Source: Felis catus
Lineage: Eukaryota
NCBI RefSeq assembly: GCF_018350175.1
Contig: NC_058382.1
Location: 52,950,001-53,014,000, forward strand
DNA: 64,000 nucleotides
Direction of reading: 5' to 3'
Shown: positions 40,193-53,370 of the stretch, in pieces
Layout: the number at the start of each line of letters is the position of its first letter
How positions within the stretch are numbered: position 1 is the stretch's first letter
Program-made: the position numbers and the translations under genes
The notes under the pieces: model-generated
Told to the model about the DNA's origin: nothing
What the model saw: only the letters and a program-made list of their open reading frames with translations
The model's database searches: none

Positions 40193-41033
40193 TCTCATAG
40201 TTTCTAAAATTTGGGGTTGACCGTAGCGAGACGGAACTGTGAGCAGGAGGCCTGGCCAGACGGTTGCTCACCTGACCATCTCATGCTCCCTTGTGGCCCC
40301 GATGCCATCGGCCCCTGCCTCCCGCCCGCAACATCCTCACCCCTGCATCTGATTTCTGGCTCCCTGATTGTCCCACTGTGCTGCTCGCCTGTGCTCTCTG
40401 CCCAGCTTCCCATCTCAGACTTTTGGGTCCAAATCGCAGACACTCTCAACATGCCAGAAGGCATCAGCCCTTCTCTACCGAGTGGGATGCTTTCAGCCAG
40501 GGAGAATAACCCTCTACCTTCAGGAACTCAGAGTCAAAAGCCAAATTAAATAGCCACCACATGAATGGATACAAGTCCACATTCCTGCACACATGGTCAC
40601 TTTTGCTCTTGAGATCATTGATTCCTGGGGTCTGAGTTGGGGACCCCAAGACCTGCCATCCTGGGGGGAATACAGTGGGAAAACCAGTTTTCATGTTTGA
40701 AGCAGAAACCAGACTAGTAGAATCAGAGGGATGGGATTAATTGCCACTAGGAGGTGTAACAGAGATGCGTATGGGCCTTTTATGGAAGGAACGCCTGAGC
40801 CAAGTGGCTTTCAAGACAGATGTCACCACTTACCGGGCAGAAGACATTCGGCCACTCAGTGCCACCTCTGTGCCTCAGCTTTCCCATCTGTGAAATGGGT
40901 ATCATATCCCACAGGGATGGATGTGAATAGTTCCCCAACATTATATTATAAAAGCTTTTAAGTAGAAAACTTGAAAGAATACTGTAGCAGTCACCTATCT
41001 ACCCAACACCTAGAGTCTACATTTTTACTGCAC

Positions 41034-41240
41034 TTTTTTTTTAATGTTTATTTATGTTTGAGAGGGAGAGTGGGAGTGGGAGAGGGGCAGAGAGAGAGGG
41101 AGATACAGAATCTGAAGCAGGCTCCGGGCTCTGAGCTGTCAGCACAGAGCCTGATGCGGGGCTCAAACCTACCCACTGTGAGATCATGACCCGAGCGGAA
41201 GTCAGGTCATCCGTTTAACCGACTGAGCCACCCAGGTGCC
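41034..41240 (-). mobile_element. CAN-SINE
   Basis: Antisense SINE; TSD-like actgcactt on both sides. Confidence 0.92.
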
Positions 41241-42702
41241 TCGTGGTTTTTCTTTTTTAACTGCACTTGCTTGCTCACCTGTGGGTCCATCCGTGCGTCC
41301 TTTTCTCTAGACACCATTGCACAGGGAGATTTGGAGATTTGAAGGAGTTCTGTGTCGAGGGCCTAGGGGCCGGGTGAGAGGTCGGCAGTGGAGTCGGGAA
41401 TTTTAGAGTGCTTAACAAACAATTGTGGCCGTTGTTCAAATATAAGTGTCCTAGGGATGTGGAGGTGAACTTGGGTCTCTGGTTGCTGCGGCCAGGGAAC
41501 CAGAGGAGCAGTGGAATCCATGGCCAGCACAGCACCCAAAGATGCCGGATGACGACCGTGAGAAAGATGACCGCCACTTGAATTTTGAAGGCAGTATCCG
41601 TTGCCCCCTACTACTGAACGTCCCTCAAACAAAGGAAAGGGCAGTCTGGTCTGTATGCTTCCTTCTTAAAACTCTGAACGGAACAGCAGGCCCCTTTGAA
41701 CTAGTTATCTGTTGTGAACTCAGGAAACGGCCAGAGGTTATCACGAGTCCTCCCAAGACCATGTGAAGGCTGGTACTATGCCCATTCACAGCTGAGGCTC
41801 GAGCCTCAGGATTCGGGTGCATTTGTGGCTTCAGCTCCTGGTCTTTCCCTACCCTCCCGTAGTGCCACTGGACCACAGAACACGCGGTCTTTCCTCCTCC
41901 TGCTCCCCCTCCCGCCCCCGGTCCCTACAGGCCCCAAGAGGCGATGTTGATTCTTGTTAGAACAGAGGCTAGAGGGAGTCTCTCCCAGCCCATGGTGACT
42001 TCAGAGGGCTTCCTAAGGGGAGAACTACAGGCAGTGAGGGCTGGCTCTTCACTTGATCCGCAGGAGAGTCAGATATTGTGCAGGACGCCAGAGCCGGCTC
42101 AGTTTTCTAAAGACCTACCTTTGCCGCCTTCTTCAAGGGCTCCAGAGAGTTCCCTGTGCCATCAAATTAAGTTGGGACACTTCAATAAAAAAGTCCCGAA
42201 GGAAACTGTCAATTAATGCATTTACACTGAAGCATCATACTTGGGAAAAACATCTTCAAACGCCAGTGCTGTTTCCAGCCATTAAAAAGTTTGCGTGCTG
42301 CTTGGTTTCCATAGATACCGGAGGTAATAGGCTCCTTCCCCTCATTGAAGAGTGAGTGTCGCTCCATTTCTTTCTTTCTCTTTTTTCTTTCTTTTTTTTT
42401 AACCTAGCCTTTCGTACTTTCTCCCTCCATCCCCATTTATGAAAACAAAAGATAACTAAATTGAAACCTGGCAATGAGATTTGTCTGAGAAAGACAGCTT
42501 GATTTATAAGCTCAAGGGACTTCATTTTTGCTCACCTCCTTATTATTTCATGACTTCGACAAATAGTGTTGCTACCTGCAGGGAAGAAATGGAGTTTTCA
42601 ATTGATCAAATGACTTCCCCAGTCCATCAAACACATAAACATACTCGAAAGGGAAATGTTAATGTTCTGTTGAAGAGCACCTGAGTTTTGGCAAGGAGTA
42701 GA

Positions 42703-42922
42703 GCAGGGCTGGCAAACTGGGGCGTGTAGGGCAAATTCGGCCCACTGCTTGTTTTTGTAAATAAAGTTTTATCGGAACACAGCCACGTTCCCCAGTGTGC
42801 ATGCTGTCCGTGGTTGCTTTCCTAACAGTGGTAGATTTGACTTGTTGTGACAGAGACTATATGGCCCGCAGAGCCTAAGAGATTCTCTCGGACTCTTTGC
42901 AGAACAAGTTTACTTACCCTTG
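42703..42922. mobile_element. MER58-type MITE
   Basis: cagggctggcaaact...tgtttttgtaaataaagttttatcggaacacagccacg...gacagagactatatggcccgcagagcctaa...agtttacttacccttg. Confidence 0.88.
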
Positions 42923-43300
42923 GCATGCAGGAGAGCATCAGGGTTTGGAAGGCATTTTAGGGACACGTTGATCTCGCTGTGACTCAGTTTCTGCATCTTT
43001 GAAATGGGGACGACAGGATCTTTTCATAGGGTTTTGGGGACGTGAATGATCTAGAACTGTGCTTGGCACCTATTAGGGGAGCAGTAAATACGAATTTTTT
43101 TTTAACCCCAGATTATTTGGCTAGAGAACTCCAGAGCCGCCTAGCTTATGATTCTAGAAGTTCTTGAGAAAACTCAAGGAAAGTGGGAAGACACAAAAGC
43201 CAAACAGTTCTACATTGTTCCTGGCCCAGGTGCCTGGCCATGTGTCTCCTCCCTGGGAGCAGGCAAGGGAAACTGAGTGGAGCACTGTTCAGGGATGAGA

Positions 43301-43345
43301 CAGCAAACAAAAGAAACCACAACCATCTAGGAAGAAATCTTTAAT
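43301..43345 (-). terminator. Minus-strand poly(A) site (ATTAAA plus GU-rich downstream element)
   Basis: tttaat at 43340-43345 reads ATTAAA on minus; 15-40 nt further on minus: tggttgtggtttcttttgtttgctg; many upstream TGTA motifs. Confidence 0.6.
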
Positions 43346-45768
43346 TTCTATTCAGCTTTAAAGAGTTTGAGAGAGTTTTTTTTTTCCTTTAAACAAACCA
43401 GTTCAAGTACATGCCTTCAGATTATAAAAGTACCTGAAATTGCCTAGAATATCAGCATGCATAGCTTGTTAGTATTTACATATATTTACATACGGAAACA
43501 AGAGAAAGATCTACAGCTATTTACAGTCTACATAGGAGAAGAGAAAGGCAGCCTAATTGTATTTCCTAAAATACAGTAGATGAGTCGTCAGCACATGCAT
43601 ATTTAGATAATATTTGCATGATAGAATACAGTTTAAAAAAAAAAGACATACCTTTGTAACTTTCTATGCTAAGGTGTTGCATAATCAAGGTAATTTTTTT
43701 TGTTTGTTTTGTTTCTAGTCTATTTGCATCAAGTGCTTTAAAATGTTCACTAACACCGAGGCAGAATTATTTACCCTGGCAATTAAAGCAACAGCACACG
43801 TGATCATTTCCTACTAACTAGCAACAAGCTACTGGTGAATGAAATATCTATTGTTTCTCATTACCCATCGACCACTGTGACGAGATCTCTCTGTATAAAG
43901 GCAGTGCCTAAGCTATCACCATTAATTATGGAAGTAATATAAATGAGATGCTCTCCACAGTATGTTCTAAATGAAATATTAACAAGGCCAGCGTCTTTGA
44001 GCCTGAGAAATGATCCGTTGTAGAGAGCTCGCTATAAAAACGCGCAAACCTAATGCAAACAGCGGGCCAGACATGGGTGTCTGCCTGTGAGAGCTGAGTT
44101 CTCGCAAAGTCCATTCTTTTCATTGGTTTCTGGAAGACAGAGTTAAGAGTTAATGTCTTGCCGTGATGTGGTCCCATCACAAGACCCTGTGGGTTTTATT
44201 CCACCCCCTCCCCCATGCCTTTTGGTGCTACAGTTGTGGAATATTTCCATGACCTCGGTGTAAATGAACTGTCAACCTTAAAATCTAAGCCAACAGCTTC
44301 TTTGGGGTTTGCCCTGAAATCTGGCTTGCTCGCAAAAACAGTCAGCTCTTGGCTTTCTAAAAGATCCAACGTGGCAGGCCAACTCGGTGGAGTGACTCCA
44401 TGCAGAGGAAAGGAAGGGGGGGAGCTTCTGTTTCACCTGTACTGTTAAGATAGTCTCTGCATCATTATATGGGAACGGAACCCATTAATTCTGCCTGGCA
44501 ATTATTTCAAAGGTTTATTTCAGTATACGTGGCAAATACAGAGACATACATTTATATACAGTATACAGAGCTACTTAGAACGGAGGATAAAAAAGTAGAG
44601 TAAAAATGTAAACTGTTTCAAATGAACACAGGCTAAGTATTTTCTTCTACCTCTTAAAACACCCAGCCATCTTTCAGCACTAGAGTTGAGGCGACCTGGT
44701 TGGAAAATTTCAGTTTCCAGCCGTCAGATTTGTCCCGTACGGAAGCATGATGCTATCTTGGGTGGCAAAGTTCTATGGCTCTTCCGCTTCGCCGTTTCGA
44801 ACTAACCCGTGGAAGCATGGCTACCCCAGTGCGTTTTTCCATCCCAGGGAACTCCCCATTGGAAAAGAAACTGTACTTTGAGCAGTGTGGGTTTTCCGGG
44901 CAGCCCTGGCGGGGAATGCCCAGGGAATTCTTCCTTGGCTGTGAGACCATCAGTGGTATCCTCTCTTATTTTTAAGGAGACCATCTCTCAGGCCCAGTCC
45001 TCTTTAGGTTGCTCTGGTGGGCATGAATTGAAGGGGGGATAAGCAGGATTAGAGTTGCCCACCTGGAATGCACCTGTGCTGTTCCTCTTCCTTCCCCTCA
45101 TTCGGAGGAACCTGGACGCCTGCCCCAAGCAGGTCTACAGGCCTCGGAGAACAGCAGGTCTCAGAAAGATGAAAACCATTCTAAATATTGCGCCTCCGCT
45201 CTTTTGAGACCAGACATAAATCTGTCGTGGAGTCCTTGCAACATTTATGGCAGGGATTCCGGAACACGGAAGAGGTATGAAAAGGGTCTCATTTATTTCA
45301 AGGGAAAGTTCAGAACAGTTCATTGAATCGAAAATACAGGTCCTGAAACCCTACCAAGGTCACTGCGCCCTTACATCCTGCTGCTAGCCTAAGTGAAAAT
45401 CCTCCCGTGCCTGGCCTGCCCAGAACAAACATGGCGTCGGGCCTATTTGGATGGTTGGGGTTGGCTGCCTTTTGCTCCGCAAAACTTAAGGCTAGTGAGG
45501 ACAAATATGTTCTTCTGTCTTTAAACACAAAAACAAAACCTTTCCAGCTTTCCGTCCTGAACCGACCAGTCTCTGAACTCGTTCCTGCAAAGGTTTCTCA
45601 GAGGAAGAGCAGTGATGTGCCCTCTGACTTTCCGTCTCATTCTACCCTGGTCTCCAAGTCATTCTCTTAAAACTCCATAATGACTCTGCTAGAAATTCAT
45701 GTCTTTTGTCAAGGGCAATGCTGTGGTCCTTGTAGTCTGACTTGGTTTGGGGCACCTATTTGGGATGC
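43322..45768 (-). ncRNA. Candidate antisense terminal exon (non-coding/3' UTR-like; possibly a distal MAF isoform)
   Basis: Acceptor cctttcttgtctgttttCAG|G at 45769-45771 with GGTGAC branch-like motif (A at 45796), two downstream poly(A) sites, PUM elements, no recognisable repeats. Confidence 0.45.
44490..44570 (-). terminator. Minus-strand poly(A) site (AATAAA with four upstream UGUA)
   Basis: Minus strand reads tgtatactgtatataaatgtatgtctctgtatttgccacgtatactgAAATAAAcctttgaaataatt; hexamer at 44514-44519. Confidence 0.55.
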
Positions 45769-47079
45769 CTGAAAACAGACAAGAAAGGTTCTGTGTCACC
45801 TTGTAGACTGTCTCTGAATGGAGGCCTGTGGACATGTGGCTTTTTCTTGAAAGCGGTACCACAACTGCTCCCCCTCCAACATTTCACTCAGGAGACCCTT
45901 TGAGTTTGGGGCTCCAGCCTGTGCTGGGACCAGCTGCACTCATGGCAATGGACTGGCCTACCCTATTGCTTGGTCCTCCCCTGGAGCCATTGCGATCAAG
46001 CTCCCCGCCCCCCAAGGCTGTGTCCTCAGTGTCCCCTGGGGAATGACACTGCTTTACCTGCTGTGGGGGAGACAAGTCAACCGAGTGGAACCTCTGAGGT
46101 TTTCCACACTTGAGAACTTATTTTAGCAAAGAAGCGGTTTCCCTGTGGCAAGAGGAGAAAGTCCATTGCTTTAGAGCAGGACACGTTCTCCTCTGTAGGG
46201 CTAAGAGTCCGAATGTGACCAAAATGGATGCTCTGGAACATTCTCTCAGACTTTTAAAGCCTCCACAGTTAAAAACAGGTATCTGCACATTCCTGATCTT
46301 CTCCACTTTTCTCTATTGGAGAAATTGAGTGTGTTTTGTAATCAATGTTGAGAACAGCCTGTGAGCAGAACTCCTCAAAGTACTGGAGAAAGTTCTATTT
46401 TGACGCCAACAGGAAGTAGCCACATGTATCCAAGCCCGTATGGTTTGAAGCCTTTGTGGGAATCAATCGTTAGGAATTAATTAATTGGGGGGCAGGGGGA
46501 GAATGGGGCATGGGGACCAGAGTTTCCTCTGAACACTTGATGTCACATCAGGTATTGTCTTCCAGAAGGCCACACGCATCTTACATGTATGCGAACTTAT
46601 AGGATGGAGATTTGCTTAGGTTTCATTGGTCTTGATGTGGTTCAGTTCCTGCACTGAAAAAAAAAAAAGTCTAGGGTCCAAGAGGAGCTTGGAGGTGGCA
46701 TTTTGAATCAGGTGACCTTTTCGTGAAGGTCATTTGCTATTGGATCTTCTGAGGTGGTGCTGAGCCTTCAGTTTTGTTAATCCAAAAGGATATAATTTCA
46801 ATTTAGTTCACTGACTAAACCAACAACAGAAAAAAATCTCCTTTTAACATTTCTCAGGTGAAGGCATGACAACCCACTTAATTGCAGGCCACGTTGGGGC
46901 ATCACACCGTGGCCAGCCATGGCTTGGCTGCGAGGAGGGCAAGGAGGCCCTCATCAGGAAGCTTCTGCCAAGAGGGGAGACAGGCAACAGGGAGCAGGCT
47001 ATAGGCGAACATCTGTGTCACCTGTTTGGGAAGGAGGCTTGGCACGGCCACCTGATAAGACTTCCGGAGTGGTTCCGTC

Positions 47080-47270
47080 CGTGTGGTTATCTGTGTGGCT
47101 TTGGACAAGTTGCTTTTAATCTCTGATGCTAACTGGGCTTCTCTGTAAATGGGGCTACATCATAATTGCCTCTGGCCTGGAGAGCTTCGTGGGGGTTAGA
47201 AAATCATGCTTACAAAGCTCCCTGGCGGGGCCTGATGAATTATAAGCTCTCGGTACGTGCTATCCACTGT
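47080..47270 (+). mobile_element. MIR fragment
   Basis: ctgtgtggctttggacaagttgcttttaatctctg...ctctgtaaatgggg. Confidence 0.65.
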
Positions 47271-50200
47271 TACCCCTTGAATAGTCCCTGTTTGCAACCA
47301 CTCGTTAGAAGAGCATGACAATTTGGAGGACAGGGTCCTTTGGAATTCTCTGTTCTAGCGTCTCCCATAATTTAGGTAGAAGCCGGTGTGTTCGTTGATT
47401 AGCACTTACTTCACGACTTGTCAGTTCGATTGCACAAGCATCACGGTGGAGGAAGGGGGTGACTTTTTGGCTGTGGTTGCGCTCCCGGGGAAGGCCCACG
47501 AGCCTCGTTCCTCTGCAAGCTGCCTTACTCCGTGTAATGAAATATGCGGCACCTTTTGGGGCTTAAAAGATTGTTCTCAGATGGGAAGGAGGGAACTGAT
47601 AACATTTGGGGGCCAGTTTGCTTTCGTTTGCCTTTCAAATCAGAGATTCAAACCGTTATTGTCTTTGGAGGAACAGATGTGTGCCAAGGTATCCGGAGAT
47701 GAACTCCGGAACACGGCATTGAGCTTTTCCAGCAGAGGGGTTACAGACTCTTGTTTCGGGAGCGTTCTTGGGAGACAGGGAAAGACAGGGTGTGGAGACA
47801 GCCCTTGATTCCACCCGAGACACGTGCATTCACTCCCTCTTCTCCACCGAGGCTGTGATAAGTCACTCTGCCGCATTCCGGAGCCACCGGACAGGTGGCT
47901 GGTTTCGTATCTGATGCATGTTTGCCTAGCAGACGCTGGCGGAGTAACGGGGACAGCTCTGAGGGTTCCAAGAGGCCCCTCTGTTGTCTTCCTGCCATCA
48001 CTGTCCGGGAATTCAGCACGATAGTCACTGCTCATTTCCAAGAGGGCTCTTCTCCCTGCCCCCCTCCTTGGGTTTCCAAGCTCGGGCTGACTTTCGTGAC
48101 GGGTTTCTTTACCCAACTACTTTCTGTTGAGTCGATTCACTCAACATTGGCTGCGCGATGTCCTGGCATCAGTATGTCTATAATAAAGCAATCTCCGAAC
48201 ATCTACTCTGCTTGAAATCACTGAATATACAGATGTTCCGTGACTGTGTGTCTACTTTTTTATACGTCTCATAGTTAAATCTACGGCAAGACAGGACTAT
48301 ATTCTTCCTTTTAAGTAAGCATGCATTTTAAAACAGAGAAACTTGAAAACTGAACGTCGTGTACTACGTGTCCTTATTAAAACGCAAGTTATATGAGAGT
48401 TGCTAACCAATGCATCACAAATATGAATATGTGGGGGTTGGTTTTTTTCCCTCTACCATATATCGTCTATCAGAAACCTCTGTACCTTTCCTTGGAAAGA
48501 GTCCATATTCATTTGTATTCCATGCTGACAGCTCCAGAATGATGGCCGGTGCTTCTCAAATAAAGGTTGATGAAAAGCAGCTACTTAACATCTTTATCCC
48601 CACAAAGGGTTTTGTGAGGATGGCTCATTTCGATCTCAGGGTCTCAACTCTACATCAACAACTGCTTTTTAAAGCCCACCTTTCTGGAGTTGAAGATTGG
48701 GCTGCCAATCTGACAAATGATTCCTGAAAGAGAATGACGCACCCGTATTACCAAGATACTCTTAACTGAATCCCCCAAAAAAGAATCGTAGGTGATTTTG
48801 CATACACTATAAAGATTGAGGGCATACTTCTCCTCTGGCAGCTCACAAATGTTTGACTCGATCCGAAATGGCATTCGGGCGTGATTAAAGGTTCTGCTGG
48901 GCTTACCCCGAAATTCTCCGTCTTGCATCATCCGCACCCCAACTCGTGCCGTGTCTACGGGACGGGGCCGCTGCACCCCAGTCCCCAGGGATCCCAACTG
49001 CCTGGAACCTGTGAGCTTTGGGTGAGCTGTTCTTAAAACTTCACTTAGGGGAACCCACAGCTCCAGCCGGTGTTGATGTGTCAAGGTATCGCTATTATTT
49101 TATCACGCTGGATCAGTAAGCAGTGGTGATAACCACCCGGACGTCTCTTCAGATATTTTATAGCACAGTTGTTAACATTGTTTCCTTTATATGGCTCTTT
49201 CATCTTTTTTGAATTATGTACTGATGCCCCAAAAGTGGCATGAAAGCCATCTGATGGTGATTAAAGCGCTCTTGAAACAAGTTTTTTTTTTTTTCATCCG
49301 TTTAAAAAATGTTTTATCTTGTATCAGCAGTACCGGTTTATTTACTAATGAGATTTCCCTAATGTGGCTCTGTCTCATTCTGATGATAGGCAGACCAAAA
49401 AGCTGATGAGCCAAAAATGAGAACTTGTTATTAAACTGTCATCACATCTGATCGTATAAAGATGTCACTCAGGCTGCCATTGGCACAGCCGAAAAGAGAA
49501 GAGAATTCCCCGAGAAGCCAGAAGGGGAGTGGGCTTGGGACTGAAAGGTACGGTCACTACTTAAGTGTCCCGACAAGAGAGGCAAGGGAAGTGGGCACCA
49601 GCCGAACCGAGCAAGACCCAGGAGGGTGGATGTGCCGAATGGATGTCGTTCATCTTCAGAGCAGAGGTGGTCTTTGCTTTCAGGGATCCCTACTGCCCCA
49701 TGTTCTTCTCTAGAGCCGGAGTTACTTATGAATGCCATTAGGACTGTGGATCACCACCCCGAGCCTCGTGGCAAAGGAATCAAAGCCAGCTCTTGGGGAA
49801 AGATTGGGCTTTTCTAAAACGCATGGTTCTCGGCATGGCAGCCAAGTGTCTGTTTACACGAAATGAGGTCAACTGCAACTGCTTTCAGATTCCACCGAGG
49901 GAAGACGCATGCCCCCAAGCTCCCTCATCAGTCTGATTCTGAATCAATGGACGTGCAGAATTTCTTTGCAAAAATGCCATCCCACCAATGCAAGAGCGCA
50001 ATCCGACACCATTTTAGAAGGTCACAGTGGCAAGGTACTACCTTGGGTTCGGAAGACTTCCGCTTTTCGCTTTCCCAAGCCGCCTACTTGGATCTTCTCT
50101 CCCACGACGGGTGAATGCTAATATTGTAAGCACACTCGCTGGGGGGCGGGGAGCCCGAGTTTAGGGATGAGCTCACTGGGTTTTCTCACCACTTGGGAAC

Positions 50201-52066
50201 TGCTGGCAAACCACCCGACCACTCTTTGGTGGTTTTGGCCACTGCCAAGTAAGATGGAAATCATAGATATCCTGAAAATGAAGCAAAACACTATCTCCAC
50301 CTGAACTCTGCTAAGAATTGAGGCCAAAGTGATATTTGGCTTGAGTTACCAGGCTGAGCCTCTCAGTTCTTCAATTTGTCTTTAGAGGCAGTCCGCTTCC
50401 CTTTTGCCCCCGCGTGGCACGAAGAGTCGTCAGATCAGCCGCTGGGAATTCTTTCGATAAATGTGCCAGGTGCTAAGCTAAGGGTTATTAGGAATGATAA
50501 TTCAGTGAGAGGGAATTTGGATGACACACACTTATTTCCATTATACTTGAGCCACACAAATCAATTCGAAAAGAAATAGCTGAATCCAAGGAAATAACTG
50601 GCTATCTGGGGAGTGGACATGGCCAGGGGGCCGGGGAAATGGGACACCCATTCCTGTTTAATTAAATTGGAGTCATGTCAGGTGTTCGGATTCTGGACTA
50701 ATGGGACTTGTCCAACCCAGTCAAGCATCCAGCTATCACTAGGACTCGAGTCGGACGCTCTCCGCTGCTCTCCACTCCACAGTGCTCCCCACAAAATCCT
50801 GTCGCTTGACTGCGTTTGACCATTTGCTTTTCAGACCAATTGAAATGCGACCCTAGAACCCGACACTGAACCTGTCTCCCCCCCACCAAAAAAAAACAAA
50901 AACAAAAACAGAAACGAGCAAAATACTCAAGTCTACTTTTTAGCACTGTCCTAAAATTACGACACCTGGACAGAAATGCGTTTGCCTCTCAAATATCTTT
51001 AGGGTCTTCCCCTAAGGGTGACCTTATCCCCATTACCTTTTTCCATCCTCTGCTGCAACCCCCCCCTCCCTATCAGCTGATAATTAGTTGATGCAGCAAG
51101 GGCTGTGATCCACATAAATAATCATAAGATGCCAGATAAACTGTATTGGTTTTAAATTAGAGCCGTGCCTATCGTGTCTCCCTACGAACACCAGCCTATT
51201 ATTTTTAATTATGGCTTGCAAAGCAAAGTGATTTCTTGCCCTCTTTACAGCATCCCTGACAGCATTGTGTCAGCCGGGATGATATGGTGCCCCATCGGCA
51301 CACACATCCCTAGCCACAGCACCAACTGTTACTCAGAAGGTGAATCGAAAGTAATCAATTGTACTCATTGCAACTTACAGTTTGAAGTGGCCTGGGAGGA
51401 AATGTACCCCCTTAGTCACTGTCCCCTTGCAAATGCGGGATGAATATGAAGAAAGGTTTTCATGGGATCTGGATGAATTACTACACGTGTCCTGTGTCTG
51501 CTTGAGACACGTATGCGTGGCAAGAAGAACGTGTGTAGGCGTGTTTTCAACATTTTCACCCAGCAAACCCTTCTCCTAGCAGCACCGTGGGCAAAAAAAA
51601 ATAAATAAATAAAGAGAGGCTCTGGCACCAGGCCCTCCCTGGGTTTTCTATCTGATGGGCATTAGAGTGGTTGGTTTCATCCAGACAGAAGGTTCTGGAA
51701 ACATCTCGGGGTCAAATCACATCATGCATTCAGAAGTCAACGGGGTGGATGAACTTGTTCCTGCATGTTCAAAGGCATATACCCTCTTTTTCTCTTGGCT
51801 CAGAAGAGACCTTTGATGTGATTTATTGCGGCGCGTATTTATTTCTGAAGCCTTTTCCTCTACGAGGTGTAAAAAGTCACACCAGCTTTACGAGCAGCGT
51901 TTGTGAACTTGCTTTTTTCCAGGATGGTCACCGCCTCCCTTTTAGGGTCACGTGCTGAGTTCAGTACCCTCTGCCATGCTGAGATCGGGGTGCAGCCGAA
52001 CCCGACACGGAGGGGCTTGCTCGTGCCCAGACAGAATGAAGTCAGCTCATCACCTCTTTTCTTTAA

Positions 52067-52321
<255 letters not shown>

Positions 52322-53281
52322 GCGTGAGCGGCCGTGAGCGTGCTCGGCACACACACCCGCCCTGTGCGCGCGTAGCTGCCGACGCCGGGCCCCTGCCCAC
52401 TTACGATCCCGGGCCTTTCCAGGTCCCCCCAGCCCCCCCGACCCCCGCCCCCAACCCAGATCCACCAGACAAAGGAAGTAAGAGTAGTCACGACAGAGGG
52501 AAAAATGCCAAGCGCCGGTGAGAAGCTGGGAATGGCAGGGCCAGGGGGACAATCTCCTTTCTCTGGGGCTGGGTGAGGCCCGGGTCTCTTTGCTTTCCTG
52601 GTGGCGGCCTGTTTGAACGCAAACGCTTAGTTGGTATGCGGGTCCCTTGTCTCACGGCAGAAGCCCAAGCAATTCTCTCACACTGTTTAGAGTAGCCAGG
52701 TGCCCCCTGTCTCTCCCCACCCTGGCCACCACCACAGCCACGGCCTTACCATCGCCACGCTGTAGCCAGGAACTGGTCTTCTCCTGTTGAGGGCAGAAGA
52801 GGCGAGTGTCTGTCCTTCTTTGCTGCCCGGATCCAGGAGATCATTGTTTGACTCACCCTGACCAAGCCTGAGTGGGCGCGGTGATGACTGGGGACCCTTG
52901 TTCCAGCCAGCCAGGAGGGAGGTGACACTTAGAAATGGGTGCCATACACAGAGCTGGTGGGTCACAGAAGGGCTGGCCCGCCCACTCCGTCGCCAAAGCT
53001 GCACCCAAAATTCTTTAGAGATTGTAACAAATTCTGCAAATCATGCCCTAGACACCTTGGCAGGCAAGAAAGGAAGCATTGCGTCCGTGAGAATATACAG
53101 GATATTTGCGGGAGCAGAGGATAAAAAGTCGTTTCCATTCATTCCTCATCTGCAGTTTCTAGAAGTAACCCGGATCGCAGAGGTTCAAGACCTCTGCGTT
53201 ATCCTGCTGGAGATTTCTGCTTAGACTTCCTGTCACTCCTCCCATCCTATGCTTAATAAAAGAACATGCTTGAATATTATC
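52322..53281 (+). other. WWOX: WWOX 3' UTR
   Basis: Repeat-free sequence from the stop codon to AATAAA(53255)agaacatgcttgaatattatca, followed by a GT/T-rich downstream element. Cleavage position is approximate. Confidence 0.85.
53255..53260 (+). terminator. WWOX: WWOX polyadenylation signal AATAAA
   Basis: Canonical hexamer ~930 nt after the stop; T/GT-rich DSE at 53298-53349. Confidence 0.85.
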
Positions 53282-53370
53282 ACCTGAAGTTCGCACTGTT
53301 TCTTTAAGTGTTTGTTTCAGTTTTGTTTTTTGTTTTGTTTTCTTTTTTTAGAAAAGAAATCTAGAGGAAA

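Noticed and set aside
44195..44200. Additional minus-strand AATAAA
   Set aside because: Lacks the UGUA cluster and clear downstream element seen at the other two sites.
47386..48215. Overlapping 100-158 aa ORFs on both strands
   Set aside because: No domain similarity and mostly non-ATG starts; expected in moderately GC-rich DNA.
51953..51966. MARE-like TGCTGAGTTCAGTA near the WWOX acceptor
   Set aside because: Three mismatches to TGCTGACGTCAGCA; half-sites are common, including in most SINE copies.
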